Of a stretch of 64,000 nucleotides of DNA, positions 1 through 12,700 are shown one piece after another; the first letter of the stretch is position 1, and each line of letters begins with the position of its first letter. The stretch spans positions 7,874,001 to 7,938,000 of the forward strand of contig CDPCPM010000063.1 of assembly GCA_976551045.1 (NCBI GenBank). The letters run 5' to 3'. The notes beneath the pieces were generated by a model that saw nothing but the letters and a program-made list of their open reading frames with translations, was not told the origin of the DNA and made no database searches. Both the position numbers and the translations under genes were made by a program. This DNA is from Glaucostegus cemiculus. Its lineage: Eukaryota.

Positions 1-743
1 TGTCTGTAAGTTGGGTATTTGTAACCCCAGGACAAACTTACCTGGCACTGCAAAGCAGATTTAGCTGTTCTGTGATTGGCCAAAGTAATCCTTAGATGGA
101 GCATAAATTGGAAAATGAGGCAAATCTGTTGCATTACAGCATCTTCATTTGTGCATCGTTGGGGGAAAAGGGGAAGTTTGTCCTTTTGGGAATAGTGGGA
201 CAAATTCCTGTTTACAGGGAGGGTGCAGCACGTGGAAGAAGGCTGGGTGGGAAAGGATTCATTGTCTGGAAAGGAGATGTGGGAGGAAGTTCAAATGGAG
301 CATTAGTGCAGGCATGCTCAGTTGGGTCATTTAGCCTGCTTTTCCGCTCGACATTCCATGAAATTCTGCTCAAAAGCTGGCTTATTAGCATTCCCTACCA
401 AACCAATGTTGTGTCACTGTAAAACACTCATTTTATATTTTATCTAGGTTTATAGGTAAAGGAGCTTGCCTTAAATGTTTGTTGAGTTGATATCGTCTCC
501 AGTTCTAGTTATGTGTCTGGGAGAAGGCACCGGAGCCAATGTACATACTGAAGCACAAGTATACTTGTGTGCTTAGATGGGCAAGTGTTCACTGTCATAA
601 AAATAAATAGCAATATTAAGGAGTAAATAAAGCTATAGTAGAGATGAACCACAATCTAGGGAATGGAGAAACATTCCCAAGGAAGTGAATAGCCTTCTCA
701 AACCCTTGCTGTCATTATTTAATGCTCCCCTCTCTCTCTAAAG

Positions 744-3700
744 CAGTTCTGCAGGATCTACAAGTGACAGCAGTAGAGCAAGTGAAAAGGTTCATTGCTC
801 CAGGACAGAAGAAAACAACTTTAGTGAAACAGGCATTTGCTCTGCTAAAGGTGAATATTTCACAATTGTATTAATATAAGAATTGGTTTCAAATTCTGGG
901 CTTGGCCAGATGAATGGAATCACTTTCTATAGCCACTTATCTTTTATGGATGAGAAGGGATTTTAATTTATGGGAGCACTATTAATGTTTCATGCCCCAG
1001 ATGTCCCTTCCAAACCCCTGGAGCACCTGTATTGCCTTCATTGTGGTTTAAGAACAAGAAGGCATTGAAGAGAGTCCAGAGGAGATTTACGAAAATGGTT
1101 CCTGGGATGAGGAACAGTAGTTAAAAAGGTAGATCGAAGAGTCTGGGACTGATTTCTTTGGAGAATGGAAACTGAATGGACATTTTAAATGAAATATATA
1201 AAATGATGAGGGTTGATGGTGGGAAGCTGTTCCCTTTGGTGGGGTCAAGAACTAAAGGCCATAGGTTATATTAAAAAAATAAAGGGTAAGACAGCTCAGG
1301 TTGCCATGAGGTAAAGCTTTTTTACAGAGCGTGTGGTTGGAATCTGGAGCACACTGCCTGCCAGTGTGGAGGCCTTCAAGAGAGAATTGGATGAATACAA
1401 AATGGAGAAACGTTTGCAAGGCTACGGAGAAGGAGCTCAGGTGTGGAACTAGTATGTGGCTGTGGGAAGAGGGCCAGCATGGACACAATGGACTGAATGG
1501 CTAATTCCAATGCTGGAACCATTCTACGATTATGCTATGTAATTCTGAATCACTTCATATCAGATTATTATATTTTATCATATCAATATAATATTGGAGT
1601 CATTTTTTCTTGCTTCTAATTGACCACTTCAATTATCTGAAAAATACAGTGCCTTTGTTGCAGAATATCAATTCCGTTAGTGTATTGTAGAAGAAATAAT
1701 GTACTATTTCATCATAACTTTGAAGACAGCTGGACAATATTTGAAACCTACTGGGAAGCCCCAAGATAACCCTGTGGATTTCCAAGGATGGGGAACTCTA
1801 GAGTTAGTTCCTTAAGCCATCTTGACAAGTTTCTTGTTTTTCAGTAGATCTGTTCTTGGTTGGAAAGAAAACAAATGGAGAAAATTTGTTGACCTTTTCT
1901 CAGGAGATTAAGCAATTGTTCTAACGTTGCTATTTTGTAATTGATAACAAAAATTCATCTAAGATACTTCCCTGCTTGTCATTTTACAGTAGAGGGTCCA
2001 TTAGGGCAAAGTGGGGGAGATTTTGGTATTTTATTTCATGTGCTGTCAGATAATGGAGTGAAGTACAATTTTTAATGTCTTTGCCCAACTATTTCTCTCA
2101 GAAGATCCCACTTTATGTGAAAATATTTTGTTTATACCGATATTTGTAATAATTTGAAAGGCAATATCTCATGGCTCTGAATGCTCAGACACGGCTCTGG
2201 CAAAAGATTTGAACTCCATGGATGAATGGATTTTTGAATTTACTGCAGAATCACCACAAATTCAGTTGTAAAGTGCTGTCTGCTTCAGTTTCATGCAATT
2301 GAAAATTGTTCTTTCTTCCCATGGGTAGAGTGCTCTAATAACCGTTTGCTAGTAGTATCTGATGATTCAGCCAGACTCTTGCAGATGCATGATGTAATTT
2401 TTGCAAGGGATGACTCGCTGACCATGCAATACTTGGAGCATTTTGGGGGAGAATGTTGGACCAGGAGTGATAGGATAACTAGATCTTTCCAATACAACAC
2501 TGAACTGGGATCTTTGTCCAGTATATCCTATACTTGCCTTTATCCATTATCCCCTTCCCCTACGTTGGACCAAATTGCCCCTTCCCCTACCATCCTCTAT
2601 TTTGCTCCCAATCCCACAATCCCCCAGTCTCCTAACAGAGGTCACCGTCACATCATGGGAAGAAACCATTGCTTTCTGCTAAATGCACTTTTGATTGATA
2701 CTTTTGCAGGATCGACCCCCTGTTTGGAAATGTGTGACTATCAAAAAGAGAGCCTAAGACTAGATAATACAGAATCTGCAGAAGGCATCTGTAGCCAGAA
2801 TCTTTGTGACAAATCTTCTCAGCCAGATATTTATTCAATTTGCAACAGAAAAGATGAGCTGTGCTTTGAAACTGAAACCATTAGCACACTTTCAGATATA
2901 TCACAGGTGTGTTACCTTACAGCTTAGTAGAAAGTTAACCCTTTGAACATTAATACCAAAAGCATGAAATAAGTGAGTAATAACTCAGTATTACTTCAGG
3001 TTGTTATCGTGTATAGTAGCTCAGTATGGAATGTTGAATGTTTTAAGATGTCCCCGTGAAGTCATACAGTGTGGATCTGTGCTGTAGTCTTGTACAAAAT
3101 ACACCAAATAGCCTCTGTTTTTTGACAGGGGAATGTTGGGAAGGATCTGGTGGAATCCATTAGCTGGTAAGAAAGCTGGCAAGGTTGAGGATGTTATCCT
3201 TTCAATCATGTTGGCTAAACCTGTTCTAGGCATGTTTTAATGTGGGCAGGACATCCCCAATCTCCTATTCAGAATCAGAACTGCTTTCACTTAAAAGGAG
3301 CCAGGGATTATAAAACAACGTCTGATTATTAGGTTAATTACTAGCCCAGATCTTGCTTGAAAAATCATGGCTTGTCCTGAACACACTGTGTTACTAATCC
3401 ACAAACTGGCCAGCATTTTATCAACACTGAGAGTTAACTGAAAAGCTTGAATTGTGAATCTGCAGAGTTACTAGTTGACAGACTCCTTGCTCAAAAAGTT
3501 TCTCACCCTTGACTTTGTAAGAACTTGAATGTGCATATTAACTTTTCATTAAGTGCTCTTGAGAGTGTTAAATGTAGCAGCTAACAGCATAAGGGCATGA
3601 TCACTTTTAATGAATGTCAATCAACCTCCCTGGCCCTGAAACAACAATTTTGACTGTCAAAAGATTATAATTTTTAGTTTATAATTTTTATGAGCAATTC

Positions 3701-6700
3701 ACAAACTATTGCGAATTGCTCATTAAAAAATTATAAACTAAAAATCTTTTATTCTCTTCTAGTTTTTTCTTTGCCTTTTTCCTCTCTTCCCAATTTTAAT
3801 TTCCTTTCTTCCCCTGTTGTTCCTTATTTTAGTCTAATTCACTCCCTTCTTCAAACATTAACTCTCAGTATTGGTCCCACCATTCAGTGAGGAGCCAGAT
3901 GCCCCACCCTCCTCACCTCACCATTATTGACATGCATTTCAAACAAGATGCAGCACAAGAACATTGGAATTTAAGGATGAAGAAATAATCGAAGCAATGG
4001 CTACATTTGCAAGATGCCCTGTTCCAGCAAGATCTGATCTAACATTTTATTCTCTCGCTTGACGTGAGTTTCCTATTTTTTTGTGAGGTGTTTGGGCAGG
4101 TTGTTTTCTGGAGATATAATCACTGGCAGCTGGAAGTGCTGTATACTGTATACCTTGCTGTATACCTTCAGCAGGTTTGGACCAAGAGCCAAGTACAACT
4201 CTGCCAGCAAGTCGTAGCTTCCAGTCTTACTTTCCTTAGAGGAATGAATAGACCTTGTCAGTGTGTCCAGAGCTAATGCTTGGTAATGCTTGGTCCACAC
4301 TCTCTTTGCCCTCATTTAAAATTTCCAAGATGCAGAGTTCTGAGAGGCCCTGGCCATCAAATCACATCGCCTGGGGCAGATCTGTGACGTGTCAGATAGC
4401 AAGGACATTGCTGAGTCGTCCTTCTCATTAATGCTGCCGAGTAATTCTCCCCTCTGGGAACAGGTCACAGCAGACTCTGGATTGGAAGCTGATCCTGGAG
4501 AATGCCAAATATTGTTAAAGATTACAAAAATACATCCACAGTTCCACTCTATTTCCTTTTAAAGGTAGCTGGCCAATCCCTAGCAATATTGGGCTTATCT
4601 TATAATTGATCCACTGCATATTTATATGCCAGGAAATTTGCATTTAGGACTTGCCCGTCCCACACTTCATTACTGAAGCATTTGTCTGTTTGGCTTCTTC
4701 AATTCTGACTGCGCTGAGTAAATATAGGTGGTCAGCCAATAAGACATGTGTTCACACAACATGCTGCTCTGTGACATCAGGCTGGCCACTGCATATGGAA
4801 ATGAAGATGAGTGTCATGGACAAGTTATTTCTGGGATTAACAGTAGTGAAATTCAGCATCAAAGCTTGGCTTTATTTTCTTTTGGGTTGATATATTGTTG
4901 AACTTTCCATTTAGGATGATGGAGACCATAGTAACAATGAAGAGAAGAATGACATTGCTTGGAATGCCAGTTATTGCGGTAAGGACGGGTTGATGAATAG
5001 TTTAAAGAAAAACCCTGTAATTTTGTCGGAGATTTATGTAGTTTGGTTTATTATTATTGTCACATGTACTGAGGTACAGTGAAAAACTTTGTTCTGCAAA
5101 CTATCCATACAGATCATTTCATCACATCAGTACATTGAGGTAGTACAAAGGAAAACAATAACAGAATGCAGAATATAGTGTTACAGAGAAAGTGCAGTAC
5201 AGGCAGACAATATGGTGCAAGGCCATAACAAGGTAGATTGTGAGGTCAAAAGTCCATCTTATTGTACTATGTATATTGTAATATCTGCAGAGGTCTTTAA
5301 GATCATACAAGGTCAGTACAACATCATGGGCCGAAGGGCCCATACTGTGCTGTACTGTTTTATGTTGATTTGTTACAATGGACATGGAGAAGTTGTTGTG
5401 GGTTAGTTCCAAACTAGAGCAGTTAATTACTAGGCACCTACTGACTGACTAATTAAAAAAGAAATTGAGGAATTTCTTCACAATGACGAGAAAGGGCTAC
5501 AAAAAGTAGTTGAAGCAATTAGGATTGATGGAAATATTTAAAATGTTATTGGGTTCTCAGTATGATAAATTAATTTATTTGGTGATAAGACTTGTAACGA
5601 CCTTGTGAACCTTTTCTAGAATGTCAGAGGTGGTAATGTTTCTGGGACGAGGTCCTACGACCAGAAATGGAGCCAACAGGCAGCTCCTCCCTTCGGGTCC
5701 ACAATCAATGCTGGAAATGCCCCTTACCTGCTGCTCCCGTTTCTCTCGTAACCTTCAGCTGCTGGGCTTCCTGAACTCCAGCAAACTTGGAATATTAAAT
5801 CCAAAGCCTGGTAAAATTTGAAGCAGACCTGCACTTTGATGTATTTACATTAATGATTACTTGATCCCACAAGTCTCTCTGCTAAAACTAGGGGAGGGAT
5901 AGTTCAATCCAAGTTGAGGTGGGGTTTCAGATTGTTGAAGTTTTATGCAATCCTGCCACTCGCACTCCTGTTGGGGTGGTGGATGGGGGATTTGCAGTTA
6001 GAATACTGCCCTCCCTTGCCTCAACATAACAAAAAATAATATCCAGTAACAAGGGAAAAAATGAATTATCCAAATCTATTCTTTTTGTACTGATTCTTAG
6101 GCACTGACATTGACAAATCTGTACTCAAGAAAGAGATCTCGGATAAGACGACACCTAGTGTTGTTGAAAATGAGGTCAGAAAAATTTACTTCAACACTAA
6201 TAAGTACAAATTGGTTTTTAAAGATTTGCTTTACAGTGTACTAAATTTATTTTAAAATTATTCCTGATTAAGATCTCAATCTGATTTATCTACCAAAGGG
6301 TCTTTATTAATAAAGAGGTGGTGACAGTTCTATGTGTATAGAGAGCTTGTCATTATTGTGTATAATTAAGATGTTACTTTCTGAAAAAATGTGTAATTAA
6401 AAGCATGGTTTAGAATTTCTCTAATATTTTCAGTAACTGCTCAGATTATGAGTAATTTTTGAGAGATGAAGAGAGGGATGATTTCAAGTGTGTGTTTTGT
6501 TCCCAGCAATTTTTTTGTGTCTGTCACCTGTTTGAAATATTGGACAGAACTCCCAGTGTATAATGTGCCACTGACTGGGAGCTCACTCTTTGGGATTACT
6601 GGGCTTGGTGCTAGTATTAAGAGCTTTATAATCTGATTGTGCAATAAATCATTGTTACAAAGGAAGGGTATTAATGCAACTACAGTTTGATCTTGCAATG

Positions 6701-9700
6701 TGAGGAGGAAGGAAGGACATTGCTTTATTTGCCAGTGCAAAGAAAGTTATTGAAAATACAAGGAAAGAGGAGGAAATGTGTGTGCTCCATGTAGAACACC
6801 TGGCTGTGAGAGAACTTCCAGAAATTCGTTCAAACCAAGGAAAGACGATGCAAGACCACAGACCAAATAGATTGGCAAAATATTAATGCTACAGAAGACT
6901 GAATGGAGAGAGGCTTTTTGAAGGAAAGGATTGACAGAATAGATGTGGAGCTATTTCTAAATGTAGAAAGAATTGAATTAATAGCTGCAAGTGTCAGGTA
7001 AATACCCCTTTGGGGTACTCAGGGGAATCTTTATTATCTACAGAGTGTAGAACTTAGAATATGCAAAATTACCATAAATAGTATTTGTGGAGAGTAACGT
7101 AGCTGGACTTAAGGAAAATTTACTTGCACTTGGGAATGATGTGAAATGGTAACATTACTTGGCTAGTGCTTCACTAACCTGGTTTAATTACCTGGACAGG
7201 AATTGGGATCTGACCATGATTGATAGGGAATTTAAATTGAATAAAATAATCTGAAGTTCAGAAAATCTTAGACCAGAAAGGATTAATCTCCATAATGGAC
7301 CAGGAAATCTACTCTCCTAACCTGGTTTGGCCTATATGTGACTCAAGACCCAAAGCAAAGTGTTAACAGCTATTTCCCTCCAATATAGTAATTTACTCAA
7401 TTTGAATCTCACATTAAAAGAGAGTGGAAATACTAACACCAGATGGAGCACTGCATCTTGACCTAAACTTCAGATTCAGACGTGGCAATGTGGCTTCCAG
7501 CCCAGTTCTTCTCACAGACGTTTGTGGACTTGTGTCTAATTTGAGAAAGCTGTTTCAAAAACTTAGTCAGGCAATAGCCCGGCATTGTTATACTCACAAA
7601 ATTGTTCCTTTGATCCACCATCTTAGACGGCACCAGTTTCTAGCTACATTGCAAATCACTTGCAGGACAGAGGTTGCAGTAAAGTGGCATTCAGTTGGGA
7701 AGGAGTCTTCACCCAAAGAAGACTCGTGGCATCAGGCCACACATCGATAAGGAAACCTCCTGATGATGGCACCTACTGTCCTTCCTCAGCTGATGATTCA
7801 TTACTTCCTGCTGAATAATATTTGGATATAGCAGGGCCACAGCATGTACCTTCGGTGAAAAATTCAATGTCCAGTAATGAATGATGAATAGTTAAATAGC
7901 CAACTGGGAGGCTCCAAGGCAATCGTCAGGGATGATGGACTTCAGCATGTGAGGATGAAGCATTTGCAATCATTTTCAGCCAATAATGCTTCTTCCTAAG
8001 GCTTCTTCACCCAGTCTTCACCCAATTTAATCAATTCTCCCCATGTGATATCAAGAAGTAAGCACACTGGATATGGCAAAGGCTCTGAGACCAGACAACA
8101 ACACTGCACTGCAATGAAATAGCTGCACCTTTAGTTAAGTTCTTCCAGTCTAGTTACCCAGCAGTGTGGAAAATTGTCCAGGTGTGTCCTGTCCACAAAA
8201 AGTAGGTTGATTCCAATTCAGCTAATTACTGCCAGATAAGCTTCCTCTCAGGCATTACCAAAGTGATTGACAGGTTTAGCGCTGCAGCTGTTCACTGATT
8301 TTGCCAGGGCCAGTAAGCTTTAGACGACTTAATGGTCCTCATACAAACAGGCAGAGGAACTGAAATCCAGAGGATAGGTGAGAGTGACTGCCTTAACATC
8401 AAGGCAGCATTTGAGTCTGTGTGGCTTCAAGGAGCCCTGTGGAACTGAACTCATTGGGTGTCAAGGGGAAAATTCTATGTTCTCTGATGTCATACCTGGC
8501 ATGAGTGAAAAGCCAGAGGCATCTTTGCAGAACCAAGTTCCTAAGGAGTAAAATAATGAGCTGCTGGATGAACTCAGCAGGTCAGGCAGCATCTGTGGAA
8601 GGAAATGGACAGTCAACGTCCTAGGTTGAGACCCTTCATCTGGACCACTTGCTTTTCACTCCAGATTCCAGCATCTGCAGTCTCTTGTGTCTCTGAGTTC
8701 CTAAGGACCCCATCACAGAGTTAAGTCCTGTGTCAGTCCCCTGGTTGTGGATTCTGAGACGTCTGACATCTCAGAATCCAGATTCACAACTGGAACATGG
8801 AAATGTTACGGTAGAACAAATTGATTGTGTAGTCATAACAGGTGTGTGTGATGTAAATTGTTGCAAAATATACTGCTGCATTTATCATTGAAGGTGTGCT
8901 AAATGAGCCTGTATATCAGCTGAATACCATCCATCCATAATGTTTCCAAATAATTTGTCTTGTAATACTTTATTTCGTCAATTAAAATGGATAATTGATT
9001 TGTTTTGAAGGATGTGAATAGCTGTATATGCAGCCCTATTCCAGTAGAGGGCAATGTGTATACTGAAGAGGACCATCAGATGGAAACTACTGCATCATGT
9101 AAACAGAAGTGCAACCAGGTGAAACAAAATCAACCCTTCCATACCCCCCACCTCTTTTTTGAAAAAAAGAGTTTATATGAAAAGTAGATTACACTTTACT
9201 GGAAAATTAGAATAATTTAAGGATTTAACACATTTGTTCTCAGATTTACAATTTTATTATATCAATGCGATAACAATTATATGTGTTACTCTGGTGTATA
9301 ACAATATTTTAATTGCAATTTTAACCAACATTTTAATTGCAATTTTAAACAACATTTTTGGATTTGTGCTTGTCAAGCTGATAAATTGTTCTTTTTATAA
9401 TACTTAGACTGCATCAGAAAGCTACTTTATATCATTCTTGTCTATTGCTGAATTCATTTCTGCTCTGACTCACTTGTGTGGTTCCTTTATGCTCCTGGTT
9501 TATTTGTGCCTTCGCTCCCTGATACAGAATCATGTATAAATAATGATCTTCAATGTTCACAGTAGCAAATTTACACAAGAAAGCTAATGTCTCATTAGTC
9601 ATTTTATTAAAACAGTTGTGAGCTGTTAACGAGAAATAAAGGGAATGTGTTCAATTTTGGGAATTGAGTATGATGAAAAGATGATGCTTTGAGTGTTTCT

Positions 9701-12700
9701 GCTTTTGCTTATGAAACACAAGAACATGTTACCCAGGACACCTAGCACTGCCCACTTCTATCTTTTCCCCAAAATCCACAAGAAGGACTGTCCTGGCAGA
9801 CCTATTGTGTCTGCATGCTCTTGCCCCACTGAGCCTGTATCCTTGTACCTGGACACTATGCTGCCCCCCCCCCCCCAGTCCAATCCCTTCCCACCTACAT
9901 CTGTAACACCTCACATGCTCTCCAATCCTTCCATAACTTTAAGTTGTCTGGTACGCACAACCTCACCTTCACTATGGATGTCCATTCCCCATCTGCATCC
10001 ATTCCCCATCATGATGGCCTCACTGCCCAAAGCTTCTTTCTTGACCAGAGACAGAACCAGTCCCCTTTCCCTGACACACTCCTCCGCCTGGCTGAACTTA
10101 TCACACTAAACAACTTCTCACTTTCTACAGACCAAGGGTGTAGCCATGGGCACTCGCATTGCCCCAGCTATGCCTGCCTTTGCATTTGGCTATATTGAAC
10201 AGTCTCTGTTCCAAGCTACTCCACCCCCATTCCTCAACTCTTTCTCTGCTCTATTGACAGCTGCATTGGTGCTTCCTCTTGCATCTGTGTGGAACTTGAC
10301 AGTTTCATAAATTTCACCACTAATTTTCACCTGGCTCTCCAATTCATTTGGACTATCTCTGACACCTCTCTCTCCTTTGTCGATCTTTCCACCTCCATCT
10401 CAGGAGATTCTTTATCCACCAACATCTTCTGCAAACCCACTGAAGCTCACAGCTGCCTCAATTACAAGTCCTCCCACCCTGTCTCTTGCAAAGACACTAT
10501 CCCTTTCTCTCAATTCCTCCACCTCCACCACATCTGTTCCCATGATGATACTTTCCACTCCAGATGTCCAACTTCTTTACTTACCATGGCTTCCCTCCTG
10601 TGGTTGAGAGAGCTCACACCCACATCTGCCATTTCCCACACCCCTGCTCTCACCCCCACCCCTCCCAGACCCAGCAGGGGTAAGGTCCCCTTGTCCTCAC
10701 ACTTCACTCCATCCACCCTACATATCCAACGCATCATTCTCCACAGCTTCTGCCATCTCCAATGGGATCTTGCCACCAAGCATATCTCCCCCTCCCCACC
10801 TCTTTCTGCCTTTTGCAGGAACCACGCTCTCCACAACTCCCTAGTTCACTCCCTCCCCACCCATTCTGCACCCACTCTGGGGACTTCCCACTGCCCCTGC
10901 CATAGGTGCAACACCTGCCCCTACACCACATCCATCACTTCTATCCAGGGACCCAAACAGTTCTTTCAGGTAAGACAGAGATTTACCTGCACCTCCCTTA
11001 GTATTATCTACTGCATTTGATGCTCCGTGTGGCCTCCTCTACATTAGCGAGACCAAATGCAGACTAGGTGACTGTAGAACACCTGTACCCTGTCCATAAC
11101 CATGACCTACATCTCTCCATTGCCAGTCACTTCAACTCCCACTCCCACTCCATCCTCAGCCTCCTCCACTGCTGGGAGAAGTCCAAACACAAACTGGCAG
11201 AACAGCACCTCATTTTCCGTCTTAGGACCTTACAGCCTCACGGCATGAACAGCGAATTCTCCCACTTTAAATAAATCAAAGGCACCCCCCCACCAAAACC
11301 TTGCCTTTTCTTACCTTTCCCAGCCTATCTTTTTTTTTATATAGCCCATTTTTTTCCTCCCTTCCCCCCATGCCACCTGCCTCCATATCTTTGACCCATC
11401 CCCTGGTTGGATCTGCTTTCTCTTCCTCCCCTGCACTTGTCTATCACTATCTCTTACCTGCATCTACCCATCACTGCCTTGTGCCCACCCCGCCTCCCCT
11501 CTTTTGTCCACCAATCACTGTTTTTCCTCCCTACATATTAGGCTTCCCCTTTTCCTATCTTCAGGCCTGAAGAGGGGTCCTGGCCGGAAATGTTGACCAT
11601 CTGCTTTTCTCCACAGATGATGCCTGGCCTGCTGAGTTCCTCCAGCATTTTGTTTTTACAACATGTAATCCCAAGTTAGATGCCCTCCCAATGAAATTAA
11701 AAATTCTGCAGAGTTTACATCTGCAACAGATTTTGGGAATGCATTTTGTGAACCTAATCACATAATTTTGGAAGCACAAATTATGTAACTTTGCATAATT
11801 CTTGGAATCCTACTCCTATGTATTACAGCAATCACCAATAATATATTACTGTTACAATGTAGAGTACATATCAAGTAAAAAAAATTAAGGTTTGCAATTG
11901 GAATCCATTATTTAATTTTCAGACAGTAAATCATAGAGGGAAGACATCTGATGAGTTTAAATTGCTTGCGGCAGAAAACGTTCGGCTCCACACATGTGTG
12001 AATGAACTGCAAGACAAGGTATGAGATATTGTGCTCACTACCTAAATATTTACCTCACCGTCCATGCTTTTGTTTTTGGTGTGAGTTGATAGCTATTAGA
12101 TTTATTCCAGTTTGTGTCAAATACACCCTGTGTAGAATCAATTCTTTTCCTGCAGCCAGCCATTATAATCTGCAAGTATACCAGATTCTACTGCATGATT
12201 GAATGCCACAATCTGCCATTATTGAAACTGAACAGCATTTGTAGGATTGGTATATATTTGATAAATATATCAACAAACATTATTTACTAATGATAGTTTG
12301 CATAAGCTTTCAGTAAAAGAACTTGCAATTTATGACATGTTCCCATTGTCCCTAAACATTTCACTGATATGTATTCCTTTTGGTCTCATCAGTTGTAGTC
12401 TTAAAACAGCAAATTCAGTGCAACACTGAAGCAATGATCGGCTTAAATTTTCTGGTGGTGATGCTGAGGGAGAAATTTTGACCAGGATACGAGACAAATT
12501 CTACCTCTGCTCACAAAGTATTTTGCATGAACTTTATTAGGTAGATAGGATATCTATTTTTATTTTAAAAACTTGTCAGTTTTTGGTTCCCTCAGTGCTG
12601 TGGTGAGGAAGGGTCTACACTATATGGTTGTTGTACTGTTCCTACCATTTAGCAAGGCTTATTGACAAATAGTGTAAAATATTTGCAAATTTCTAAGGTG

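Noticed and set aside
2161-2268. Exon-like segment AISHGSECSDTALAKDLNSMDEWIFEF...
   Set aside because: Its phases (0 to 2) do not fit between 850 (phase 1) and 2710 (phase 1), which already join in frame.
2346-2927. 193-aa ORF as a standalone gene
   Set aside because: Only 2710-2906 has splice boundaries that fit the exon chain; the upstream part runs through C-rich low-complexity intron sequence.
9307-9358. Short tandem pairs (about 24 bp here, 20 bp at 57502-57545)
   Set aside because: Ordinary slippage duplications with no further structure.
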